From a virus (lineage: Duplodnaviria > Caudoviricetes): a DNA stretch of 64,000 nt. The stretch is taken from IMG/VR virus record IMGVR_UViG_3300028533_000484, positions 76,447 through 140,446 of that record; one strand, given 5' to 3'. Below the pieces are notes generated by a model. That model was not told the DNA's origin. It worked only from the letters and a program-made list of their open reading frames with translations, and made no database searches. Shown here one piece after another: positions 1-9,503 of this stretch. Numbering within the stretch: the first letter of the stretch is position 1; the number at the start of each line of letters is the position of its first letter. The translations under genes and the position numbers were made by a program.

Positions 1-3000
1 ATTAAATCCACACAAATCATAAATTTTATCAAATTCGTACTTAAATGTTACAAATCTGTAAGTGCCATTGTCGTAATCTAATCCTGACATATCTGCAGGT
101 ACAGAAATGTAGTTATCGAAAGTGTCAATCGTGTTTGTGTACTCGACCTCTTTTGGCCAACTGTAACCTTTTCCATCAAATACAATTTCAGGGAATCCGC
201 AAACTCTGTTATACTTTTTAACTGTATAGTCAGCTCCGAATTGTGTATCTATATTTGTACCCAATGTTGGAAATAAAACGTTTCCTGCACTTTCAACAAT
301 TGTTGGAAGATTTTCAGGTTTCATTAAAAGTAAATCTTTAAGTACCAATACATTTGTCCACAACGATTCGGTGCCAAAGTTCTGTGCAAATGCTTTAACT
401 GTTAAAGTGTCTTTCATATAACCTACGTCAGGAAGATTTAATGTAAAGCTGACAGTCAAATCATAAGTTTCTTCAAAACTATCCGACAATGTAAAGTATT
501 GAGAAGTTATTTCGATAGCTAATGGAATATCTCCGAATGCAGCTTGTAATTCAACTTTAGCGTCAGGACTTATTGTACCATACTTTGTAAAATCTGTAAT
601 TACGAATGTTCCCGATACAGCTGTATTACCTGGAACAAAACCATAACCACCAGTTCTGTGCTCTGAGAGAAGTGTATTTAAGACTCTCAAGTTTACTGTT
701 TCTCTATCACATTGATTAATGCTATGGTCTTTAAAATCGTAGAATTTTCTTTCTGAAATTATTGCTGATCCAGTTTCACCTTCAAGAGCTGATATAGGAT
801 CTGTAACAAAAGGAGACTTAACAAGCTCGTATTGTGTATACTTAATTTCATGATCGATTTTGTAAGCACCTTCTCCTAAAACAATATAGCCAGTAACTTC
901 AGCAGCATCCATTGCTGTTGGTGTTCTGAAGCCCATTCTATATTTTTCATAAGGATCAAATCTTTCAACATTGCAACGATCTGTAATTTCAATACCTTTG
1001 TCCAGTACTCGAATGCTTGATGATTCACCACAATAGAATGTATGTTCAAGAGGTAAGTAGTCGTGCTTTCCTTGTTGTTTAAAGTAAACTTTACCGCCAA
1101 TTGTTGCATCCCAAGCTAAAGATGGTTTCAGTTTTGTCAATTGATTCAACTGTAAACCGTTGCTTACTTCTAGATATTCTGTCTTTTTAGCTGTAGACTT
1201 CTCTTCATCTACGACTATTGAGATTTCTTGAATTGAAGCAGATCTATCTGGAGAGAGTTTAAACAACTCTTCATTGATTAATCTTACTGCTTCTGCTAAG
1301 GAAGCGTATGAAAGTCTCAATAGACCTGTACCACTATCAAGAATACTCCAAGCTGGATTTTCAGCACCTGTTTTTGTTGCAAGTCCTGGTAATCTACTGT
1401 AAACTGGGTCTTGATAAGCTCTATCTACTTTTTCCCATTTTATTTCTGATTCTACAGAATATGTACTCCACTCTATATTTCCATCAGGTGTTTTATAACT
1501 CCAAATCTCATCCCATTTATCAAGTGGTTGTTCTCTAGAGCAAACTTCATCTTCATACCAACCGCCAATCATTGTTGGTCTTAAAGCAAATTTTCCATCT
1601 ATAGCATCGAAAGTTTCGTTTGACCAAGTTTTTGTAGCATCATCGGCAGCCTCAAGAATAAGTCTTCCAACTGTTCTTGTATTTCCGTTCTGATAATCTT
1701 CTTTTGTAAGGAATTGAGTTTCTAAATTAGAGTAGTCTGTATTATCTCCTCTAACTGCTGTACCTAGAACATTGAATGTGCAATCACCAATTTTAATTTG
1801 TGTAATAGTTTTATATGCATCTATTTTTGGATTTACACTAGCATAAATACCTTCAATGTATTCTACTGGATAAGATTCTACAAAATGGAAGTCTCCTTCT
1901 GATTTATACAAATCAACTTTGTCAGCAAAGAACATTAAAGAGCTTAAATTATTAAACCTTTTCGTAACATCTGCATATTGTTGACAAGAAGACCAAACTG
2001 CTGTATGTGCTTTGTGCGAATGTCCAAATCTATCATCTGTACAGTCTATTTCATTGTTTCCTGAAGAATACTGTAAAAGTGTATTTTTATCTTTACTAAC
2101 AGCTTCACAGTTAAGTAATGCTCTAGCTTGTAAAGTTTCAGTTGTAAGCTCTTTCTTTTTACCAACACAAACAAACCAGTCACCAGCTGTATATACTTCA
2201 CCATCGACAGCTGTTTGTGGATAACAAGGATCATCCTCTTTATGAGAAGCTTTAACAATGAAGAACCAACCTCTCTGTAATTCTGAGTAAATTTCATCAC
2301 TCATTGCAGAAAAATCTACATCTTCAAAAGTTGGATATCTTCCTTCATTATCCTCAAAAGACCATACACCAACGAGACTCAAACCACCATAAGCAACTGA
2401 ATCTGGTAATTGTTCAATTCTAACTTTACCGTTTTTCAAGTCTGCTTTAGACCAATATAAGTCAATCAAAGCTTCTTCTAAGTTTGTTGGTTTAGTTGTA
2501 GTTAATTTTGTATCTGCATGCTCATTGTAAATTGCTTCTAATTGAGTTTCATAAGCTTCTGGTCGAGTTAATGAAATTTCAGAGCTTGATAAGAATCTTG
2601 CTTGCAATTCACCATTGTCATTGATAAAAATTGTATGATATACAGTATCTAATTTTAGACTAATTTCATTAGTTTTTTCATCATATAAGAATGGCTCTGG
2701 TAATTTTGCATAAACTCTTTTTTCAAAACTTAGATAGAAAGGAATTGTTAATTCATTAGGATAATTTCTTCTAGCAACTCTATCTGAGTATCGAACAACT
2801 TGAGAAGAATCTATTTTAATTTCCTCAGGAATGTACTCAACAAAATCGATGTTTGTCGTATTTACAATAGATTTTGCATCAGCTGTTTCGGCATCAAATG
2901 TTTCAATTCTACTTGAGTTAATGTAAAACAAACTGTCTGTATTTTTGAAAGTCTTTACATACGATCCGTACAACTCTACTTTTGTACCAGAACTTTGCAA

Positions 3001-4692
3001 AGTATCTATGATCGATGAATTAAAGAAACTAGCTTCACCTGTAACATTTGCTTTCTCAAGTCTTGAATCAAAAATCTGTGCTGTACCAGAAATGTTCAAA
3101 ACGTGTAAGTTACAATCCTTAATTACAGCTGCATCTGTAATATTAATTGTAGTTGTTTCATCAAAATCACAATTCTTAAATATTGTTGTTTTGTTTACTT
3201 CAATTGTACAGTTCTTGAATGAGATGTTTTCAAAGAATGTTTTCTCATTTATATTTAATGTAATACCTGAAAGAATAGTACTTTGCTTTGTTTCACCGGT
3301 GATTGTAAAAGCTTTTGTTAGCTCAATATTTTTTGAGTTTTTGTAAAGACCGTTCCTAATATAAAGGTGACTACCTTCTGAAGCATCAATTGCATCTTGT
3401 AAATAGAATCCTTCCTTGTTGTATACAATAAAATCTGCCGATCTGTTACTTACAGTTGTTTCATCTGCAGCAATAACAAAGTCTACGACTCTAGGACCAT
3501 AATACTGAGGTGTAATGTGATCTGAATAAGAGTTTAGAGTCGATAGTTTTAAGTGCGGTGGAAATTTCATCAAGTCAATAAACACTGGCAACTTGATTGT
3601 AGCATTCAATGTGGCTCTTGGATAGAATAACTCATAATCCAATGTGTAATTATCTTTTACGAGTAAAACAGCTGTAATATTTTCTGAATCTGTTACTTTA
3701 ATATGATATGTACCTGGTGCACCCTTTACAACAAAGAAACCATCGTCAGTATTTATTTTTGAAATACTTTCCTTTTCTCCAGGTTCAATGGTAATTTGAT
3801 GAATACCATTTGCAATACCTTCACTAACAAACTTAACTTCAAGATCTGCAGATTCACCAACTTTATGAGAAAGTAAACTTACAACTTGTGCATTGCTGTT
3901 GTCGTCATAACCTTTTACAGGATCATTTGTTGATGTATCTGTAATATTTGAAAGAATGTTGTATTGTAAACCAATACCTTGAGTTGTATCCGTACCATTG
4001 AATTTGTGCTTTGCAAAGAAACCATTTTCGATAGAGTCTAAAAAGTTAGCAGCAAGATCTGTAAAATCTTTTACAGGTTCTGAAGCATCAAATACGATAT
4101 TTTCAATATCAAAAAGTGTAGCGTCTACATAATGTCTTTCACCAACAGGTCCAACATATTGGTAAAAAGTTAATTTTGGAGGCTGATTTGCTGAAATACC
4201 CTCTGGTACTCCATTATTAAATGTCAATAAACTTGAGTTTGTATCAACTATCCAATCGCAACTACCCCAAGCAATCTCTTCTCCATCTTGAGTTTTTAGA
4301 ACAATGTTGTAAATTCCTGTATCACTGAAATCGTAAGGAATAATGTTTTTTATCTGATTTCCATCCTCATCTAGAATGGCAAATGCATGATTACAGTTAG
4401 AAGAAATCTTAGTAAGTAGTAAATTTGTATGCTTTTTAATTAAAGGTACTTTCTTGAAAGATGACTCTTGATACTCGATAAGATCGTTTGTTGCATCTAA
4501 AGATTTAACATCCTCAAAGAACATATCCTCTGCTTTTCTAGGTATTAAATTACCATAAGTTAATACAGAGTTTGTAGAGATATTATCATAAGATCTATAA
4601 AGCTCTTCAAAAACTTCTCTCTCAGGATGAGTAGAACCCCAACCTTTAGATTTTTTCCATAATGAGTTGACTTTGTTTGTACTGGTTAACAT
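1..4692 (-). CDS. Large virion structural / tail fibre-like protein, >1564 aa, 3' end beyond the window (absent from ORF track)
   Basis: ATG at 4692 (MLTSTNKVNSLWKKSKGW...). The same frame is open at the window start (...DKIYDLCGFN) and at spot checks between; the track has only short noise ORFs here. Beta-helix-like segment at about 2950-3450; late CTAA-N8-ATG promoter. Confidence 0.8.
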   Translation of the reverse strand, partial: MLTSTNKVNSLWKKSKGWGSTHPEREVFEELYRSYDNISTNSVLTYGNLIPRKAEDMFFEDVKSLDATNDLIEYQESSFKKVPLIKKHTNLLLTKISSNCNHAFAILDEDGNQIKNIIPYDFSDTGIYNIVLKTQDGEEIAWGSCDWIVDTNSSLLTFNNGVPEGISANQPPKLTFYQYVGPVGERHYVDATLFDIENIVFDASEPVKDFTDLAANFLDSIENGFFAKHKFNGTDTTQGIGLQYNILSNITDTSTNDPVKGYDDNSNAQVVSLLSHKVGESADLEVKFVSEGIANGIHQITIEPGEKESISKINTDDGFFVVKGAPGTYHIKVTDSENITAVLLVKDNYTLDYELFYPRATLNATIKLPVFIDLMKFPPHLKLSTLNSYSDHITPQYYGPRVVDFVIAADETTVSNRSADFIVYNKEGFYLQDAIDASEGSHLYIRNGLYKNSKNIELTKAFTITGETKQSTILSGITLNINEKTFFENISFKNCTIEVNKTTIFKNCDFDETTTINITDAAVIKDCNLHVLNISGTAQIFDSRLEKANVTGEASFFNSSIIDTLQSSGTKVELYGSYVKTFKNTDSLFYINSSRIETFDAETADAKSIVNTTNIDFVEYIPEEIKIDSSQVVRYSDRVARRNYPNELTIPFYLSFEKRVYAKLPEPFLYDEKTNEISLKLDTVYHTIFINDNGELQARFLSSSEISLTRPEAYETQLEAIYNEHADTKLTTTKPTNLEEALIDLYWSKADLKNGKVRIEQLPDSVAYGGLSLVGVWSFEDNEGRYPTFEDVDFSAMSDEIYSELQRGWFFIVKASHKEDDPCYPQTAVDGEVYTAGDWFVCVGKKKELTTETLQARALLNCEAVSKDKNTLLQYSSGNNEIDCTDDRFGHSHKAHTAVWSSCQQYADVTKRFNNLSSLMFFADKVDLYKSEGDFHFVESYPVEYIEGIYASVNPKIDAYKTITQIKIGDCTFNVLGTAVRGDNTDYSNLETQFLTKEDYQNGNTRTVGRLILEAADDATKTWSNETFDAIDGKFALRPTMIGGWYEDEVCSREQPLDKWDEIWSYKTPDGNIEWSTYSVESEIKWEKVDRAYQDPVYSRLPGLATKTGAENPAWSILDSGTGLLRLSYASLAEAVRLINEELFKLSPDRSASIQEISIVVDEEKSTAKKTEYLEVSNGLQLNQLTKLKPSLAWDATIGGKVYFKQQGKHDYLPLEHTFYCGESSSIRVLDKGIEITDRCNVERFDPYEKYRMGFRTPTAMDAAEVTGYIVLGEGAYKIDHEIKYTQYELVKSPFVTDPISALEGETGSAIISERKFYDFKDHSINQCDRETVNLRVLNTLLSEHRTGGYGFVPGNTAVSGTFVITDFTKYGTISPDAKVELQAAFGDIPLAIEITSQYFTLSDSFEETYDLTVSFTLNLPDVGYMKDTLTVKAFAQNFGTESLWTNVLVLKDLLLMKPENLPTIVESAGNVLFPTLGTNIDTQFGADYTVKKYNRVCGFPEIVFDGKGYSWPKEVEYTNTIDTFDNYISVPADMSGLDYDNGTYRFVTFKYEFDKIYDLCGFN

Positions 4693-4715
4693 AACTAAAA
4701 TTAGTTATGTAGACA

Positions 4716-4755
4716 AAAAAGAAGGCCTGGAATGTTCCAGGCCTAATTAATTTTT
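4716..4755 (-). terminator. Intrinsic terminator
   Basis: AGGCCTGGAA-tg-TTCCAGGCCT hairpin with a flanking A-run (U-tract on minus strand). Confidence 0.7.
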
Positions 4756-5026
4756 AACCTTGTTCTATTGACAGGAATGCATCTCTAATTTTTTGACGTA
4801 TCCTAATTAAACTTTCTTCGCTACGATATGTGCCACAATCGTGATTTGCCCAAGCTTCTAGATAGTCAATATAATTGAAAACTTCTTTTCCAATTTTTAC
4901 TACTTTTTCGTTACCGCGAACATACCAAAATGGTTTACTACAAAAGTCAGGAGCTCTTGTTGGTAAACTATTCTGTATTAATGTTTCAGATTGTTCTGAA
5001 TTTTTCGAATCAAATGGACTCAACAT
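4754..5026 (-). CDS. Hypothetical protein
   Basis: 90 aa ORF coupled to the groEL stop. Confidence 0.65.
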   Translation of the reverse strand: MLSPFDSKNSEQSETLIQNSLPTRAPDFCSKPFWYVRGNEKVVKIGKEVFNYIDYLEAWANHDCGTYRSEESLIRIRQKIRDAFLSIEQG

Positions 5027-6669
5027 TACTTATAAGCCTCCACTACTTTTCTATCATTCATATCGTAAGATACGTTGCAATTTGCATTTACGATAACACC
5101 ATCTGAAACGATGAATGCTCCAATTTCAGAAGCTGAATACTGTAGCACAAAGAGCTCAATTGCTGCTGAGTCAATAACTTGTGCTTTCTTTAAATCTTCA
5201 ATTTTTTCTGTTCTTACATTGTAACCTGTCCAGAAGTCTTTTTCATGCGCAATTTGCTGAACAATGTACTGATAATCATCTGGTTTAACAGAACCTACAA
5301 GTCTTTTAGCTAAAGATCTCATTGTTGAAAGAACAGCTTCATAACCTTTTCTAATTGCTTCTGTTTCAAAGTTGTGTGGTTTCTCAGAAAGGTATTGAGC
5401 TGTCTTTAATAGTGCAGTACCTCCGCCAGGTAAAATACCATACTTAATTGCTCCAGCAACTGAGTTCTGCGCATCCAAAATTGCTGCACATTTTTCTTCT
5501 TTTTCTGTAGGAGTTAGAGCACCAACATAAATCGTAGCAATACCGCCGCTTAATCTAGCTAGTCTCTCTTTTAGACCTTCCATTACAGAAATCTGAAGAC
5601 CGTCATCTGTATCGATTGTTTTCTTAAGTTTTTCAATGTATAGAGCATATTCTTTTGCTTTATCTTCTTCAAGCTCATCTACTTGTACAATATTTGTTTC
5701 CTCTACTGATGAAACAATGTGTTTAGCAACACCAAGATCTGAAATATCTGGAACAACATCTATTGCACTTTCAACAGAAGGTACAACCTTGGTACCTACA
5801 GTAATTGCTAAATCCATTAGTGCATCGTGAAGATCAACATGACTGAAAGATGTACCAGGTGACATTAAAAGAAGAATTTTCTTTTTAGCTGCTTGTGAAA
5901 AGAGTTTTGGTTCGAAGTAAGGTGCAACAAGTACTAAAGTCTTACCTACAAGTTTTGCAGCTTCAACATATGCTTCAAGAGGTTCAAGATTATCAACACC
6001 GGTAGCTAGAACCATAATTGCTGGATTATCAACGACTGCAGTATCGTCAATAACATTTGTGATGAACAATGAACTAGGAATACCACCTGTCCATTTAATG
6101 CCGTTTGAAACTTCTACATAAGATTTACCACTACGACTCCAAGAGTCTGCTAGAACAACTGAACCATTTTCTCCAATTGAATTATAAGCTTCAGCAATTA
6201 GATTTGAAAGCTCTTCATTTCCGTTTGTAGAAACATTTGCAACTGCTTTGTAATCCACTGTTGTATCTACCATGCTCTTTAAGTATTCAACAGCATCTGC
6301 AGTCGCCATATTTAAACCTTTACGAACTTCTCCAGCATTAACACCTAGATTAACGAGCTTTGTCAACTCTCTTAAAAGACTTGTTGCATAAATTGTTGTA
6401 GTTGTTGTACCATCGCCGGCCATTGCATCTACTTTGGCAATAATATCTTTTACAAGAAGTATTCCAGATTTTAAGAAAGGATCATCTGAGTCTACTTTGT
6501 TTGCAACTGTAGCTCCATCCTTTAAAATCAGTGGTCTTATTCCACCATCATAAATAAGAACATTGTGTCCTGCAGGTCCAAGAGTGGATGAAACAATTTT
6601 TTCCAACATTTCAGCCCCTTCAACAATCTTGTTTCGTGCCTCAGGACCATAAACTATATGTTTATTCAT
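5026..6669 (-). CDS. groEL: Phage GroEL-like (Cpn60) chaperonin
   Basis: STLGPAG, KDGATVA, AGDGTTT, ERLARLSGG and GILPGGG motifs; 547 aa. Confidence 0.95.
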   Translation of the reverse strand: MNKHIVYGPEARNKIVEGAEMLEKIVSSTLGPAGHNVLIYDGGIRPLILKDGATVANKVDSDDPFLKSGILLVKDIIAKVDAMAGDGTTTTTIYATSLLRELTKLVNLGVNAGEVRKGLNMATADAVEYLKSMVDTTVDYKAVANVSTNGNEELSNLIAEAYNSIGENGSVVLADSWSRSGKSYVEVSNGIKWTGGIPSSLFITNVIDDTAVVDNPAIMVLATGVDNLEPLEAYVEAAKLVGKTLVLVAPYFEPKLFSQAAKKKILLLMSPGTSFSHVDLHDALMDLAITVGTKVVPSVESAIDVVPDISDLGVAKHIVSSVEETNIVQVDELEEDKAKEYALYIEKLKKTIDTDDGLQISVMEGLKERLARLSGGIATIYVGALTPTEKEEKCAAILDAQNSVAGAIKYGILPGGGTALLKTAQYLSEKPHNFETEAIRKGYEAVLSTMRSLAKRLVGSVKPDDYQYIVQQIAHEKDFWTGYNVRTEKIEDLKKAQVIDSAAIELFVLQYSASEIGAFIVSDGVIVNANCNVSYDMNDRKVVEAYK

Positions 6670-7001
6670 TCCTTAATCTCCTTTTTGTCTGTTATTTTCA
6701 ATACTTTTTTCAATTCTTTAATTAAGAAGTTTTCTGGATTCTGTCTTATCTGATAAATATCCTTCTTAAAATCTACATCAGGAATAAAATCGAAATCCAT
6801 ATCTTCATTAATTTTCACTTTTCCAAATACAGGAATATCAATATAAATATCCGAACTTGAATTTTCATTATCTGCTTGACTATTGATTGCGGATATCAAA
6901 GATACTAGCTTCAATAGCGTAAAAGCTTTTTTCAAATCGTGTAAAGATATTCGTGTAAGGTCAGATACTTTACTTAATGTTTCTTTCACATACATCTCCA
7001 A
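6666..7001 (-). CDS. Putative HU/IHF-like DNA-binding protein
   Basis: Helix-helix N-terminus, then IDIPVFGKVKI...FIP...FK resembling the HU beta-arm signature. Confidence 0.45.
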   Translation of the reverse strand: MEMYVKETLSKVSDLTRISLHDLKKAFTLLKLVSLISAINSQADNENSSSDIYIDIPVFGKVKINEDMDFDFIPDVDFKKDIYQIRQNPENFLIKELKKVLKITDKKEIKE

Positions 7002-7103
7002 TGTAGATAGGTTTAGACCTATCTTACAATCTTATAATATAGGTAAGCTTACAACATTGAAGGATAAACTATACGAACTTAACAAAGCTAACTAATTTCT
7101 TGT

Positions 7104-9431
7104 ATGAAGCGTTTTGACCAACAGGGAATCCTAGAAAGACAAATTAATGTATTAAAATCCAAAAACAATTGGTCCAATTTACAAGCGGACGGTGCTACGT
7201 ATCAACTGTTAGAAGCTTTCGTAGAGCCTATTGCGGAAGTAGCTAGATATGGTGAATATCTTTTACAAGAGTTAAAATGGGACACATCTAGAAACTTTAG
7301 CTCTACAAAACATATGGCCAGATTGGTTGGAAAGAAACTTGAAAGAAAGCATTCAGCAACAGGTTCTATTATTGTCAGTCATTCTGATGTAGATGGAATT
7401 GCTAGATATTCTTTTCTAGGTATTGACAATTTTAATATCGATTCGGAAAGTAATTACGATAATTTAACACTAGATTCAGAGTTAACAGAAACTTGTTATA
7501 CTCACTCTTTGGTGCCTTGGACAAGTACTAGTAGTTATGTAGTTAAAAAAGGCTCAACTTTTGTTACAAAAGATGGTAGAAACTTTATTTGTGCTGAAAG
7601 TAAAAGTATTCAACCTTGTACAGTTGACTGGGATACAGTTCGTAGCAGTGCTTCAAGTCTTTTAGCTTTTAAGGCTACTGATGGTTGGAACAATTACAAG
7701 TATCTTACTGTACCTGTTGTACAAGGTTTTCAGAAAAAAGTAAACTTAGGTATTTCAAATGGTAGAGCTAGTCAATCTTTTATTGTTGCTACATTGGATA
7801 TTGAAGCTGCAGATAACTTGTATACAAAACAATTTTGTTATATTGAGGTAACGGATGCAGCTGGTAAAACAGAAACCTGGACAGAGATTCAACACTTACA
7901 GTTAGCAACTGCTACAGATAAAGTGTTTGAAATAGACATTTTGGACGATTTATCTGGTACAGTTGTCAAATTTGGTGACTCTTGTAGCGGTGCTATTCCA
8001 CCAGAGAATTCTAAAATTGTTTTCCATTATTTGGAAACATTAGGGGCAGAAGGTAATGTTACCGATTTGTATGCTTTCCAAAACGAGATTGATGGTGTTG
8101 AAATGCCAAAAGATAGCAACTACAGAAACTTGACAGTTGGTTGTCAAAACATGTGGCCAATTATTGGCGGTAAAGATCTCGAAACATTATCAGAATATAA
8201 AGCAAATGCAGAAATTGCCTATGCTAAGAATTATGAAATTCTTCATACATATCCAGAGTTAGAAGCAGCTATTAATAGTATTTCTCCAATTCCTTTGATT
8301 AAGGTAAAAACAAGTACATTCTACGAAACTGAAACAATTAATTCGACAAAAGTTGTTTTACCGAAAATTGGACTTACAGGTTTATCTACTGGTGTTAAGC
8401 CTTTAAACTCTACTGAAGCTCTTCTTTTTGAGAGTATTCTTAACTCTAAACTAAACTCAAAAGTTTTGTCAAATAAGTTTATTCGTTACTTAGCACCAGC
8501 TATTATTGAAATAAACTCTTCAATTCAGATCGAGCCAAGTACATCAATTGCTTCTAAAGAGGAATTCAAGGAAGAAATTGAGACATACTTAAATACACAC
8601 TACGGTAAAACAAATATTAATCCAATTGACTGCTATAAGCAAGCTGATTTGTTAAGAGGTGCCCTTACATGTTCAAGCAACATTGGGTCTATATTGTCCA
8701 CAAGTATGCTTACAATTTCAACTTCAGATGTAGTTTACGGTATTTTCGGTAACTCAATGGAGAAGTACTTCTTATTTACATTCACATTTCCAACCTTATC
8801 TACAGATACTTCTAGTGTAGAAGGTTTCTGTGATAGATCTTTGGCAGATGGTAACGAAACACCATATGTATTTAATATTAATATAAATGGTAATTCGCAT
8901 ACATACGTTGTTCGAGAAACAAAGTCAGAAGAATCTGAAAAACTTCTTTTTGAACAGGATGATTATTTTTCAGACTTAAATGCAGTGTATCTTTACAAAA
9001 ACCTGAATACAGAGAACTCTAGATATGTTTTGAAACACTTAAGATTACCAAAATATACATTCTCGAAAAAAGATTTACAGAGCTTCCAAAGTTTAGCTAC
9101 AGATGTAAACGAACCTTTTGCAACAGCAGATGATTTCAAAGGTATCTATTTTTATGTAAAAAGATCAAAAGATTCTCCTACATTCTATTTAGCATTAAGT
9201 GCCCAGGAAGTTGCAAAATGTTTAGGATTTAAGACAGAAGTATCCGACGATAACATTTCTAGTATTTACAACAACCTTTTAGGTTCTATAGATAATGATT
9301 CCACAAAAATCACTGTTGCATTTGAACCTGCGGATAAGACAGTTGCAGGACCTTGGAATACAGTAATCTATTACGATCACATCGATGTTGACATAGAGAA
9401 TACACTTAATACCTCAATTGCAAGTTCTTAA
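7104..9431 (+). CDS. Baseplate wedge subunit (T4 gp6-like)
   Basis: ARLVGKK...ATG, VVQG, VKFGD...GAIP, YLETLGAEGN and GGKDLET motifs of the gp6/baseplate J family. Confidence 0.85.
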   Translation: MKRFDQQGILERQINVLKSKNNWSNLQADGATYQLLEAFVEPIAEVARYGEYLLQELKWDTSRNFSSTKHMARLVGKKLERKHSATGSIIVSHSDVDGIARYSFLGIDNFNIDSESNYDNLTLDSELTETCYTHSLVPWTSTSSYVVKKGSTFVTKDGRNFICAESKSIQPCTVDWDTVRSSASSLLAFKATDGWNNYKYLTVPVVQGFQKKVNLGISNGRASQSFIVATLDIEAADNLYTKQFCYIEVTDAAGKTETWTEIQHLQLATATDKVFEIDILDDLSGTVVKFGDSCSGAIPPENSKIVFHYLETLGAEGNVTDLYAFQNEIDGVEMPKDSNYRNLTVGCQNMWPIIGGKDLETLSEYKANAEIAYAKNYEILHTYPELEAAINSISPIPLIKVKTSTFYETETINSTKVVLPKIGLTGLSTGVKPLNSTEALLFESILNSKLNSKVLSNKFIRYLAPAIIEINSSIQIEPSTSIASKEEFKEEIETYLNTHYGKTNINPIDCYKQADLLRGALTCSSNIGSILSTSMLTISTSDVVYGIFGNSMEKYFLFTFTFPTLSTDTSSVEGFCDRSLADGNETPYVFNININGNSHTYVVRETKSEESEKLLFEQDDYFSDLNAVYLYKNLNTENSRYVLKHLRLPKYTFSKKDLQSFQSLATDVNEPFATADDFKGIYFYVKRSKDSPTFYLALSAQEVAKCLGFKTEVSDDNISSIYNNLLGSIDNDSTKITVAFEPADKTVAGPWNTVIYYDHIDVDIENTLNTSIASS

Positions 9432-9446
9432 TTGAAGCGATTGCAC

Positions 9447-9490
9447 AAAAAGAAAGCTGTTGATTTTTTTTCAACAGCTTTTATTTTTTT
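9447..9490. terminator. Bidirectional intrinsic terminator
   Basis: AAAGCTGTTGA...TCAACAGCTTT with A- and T-tracts, between convergent genes. Confidence 0.8.
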
Positions 9491-9503
9491 ACTTCGTTAA
9501 ATC

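Noticed and set aside
876-3346. Short ORFs in the first 3.4 kb, and other short antisense or out-of-frame ORFs nested in long genes across the window
   Set aside because: Shadows of longer genes.
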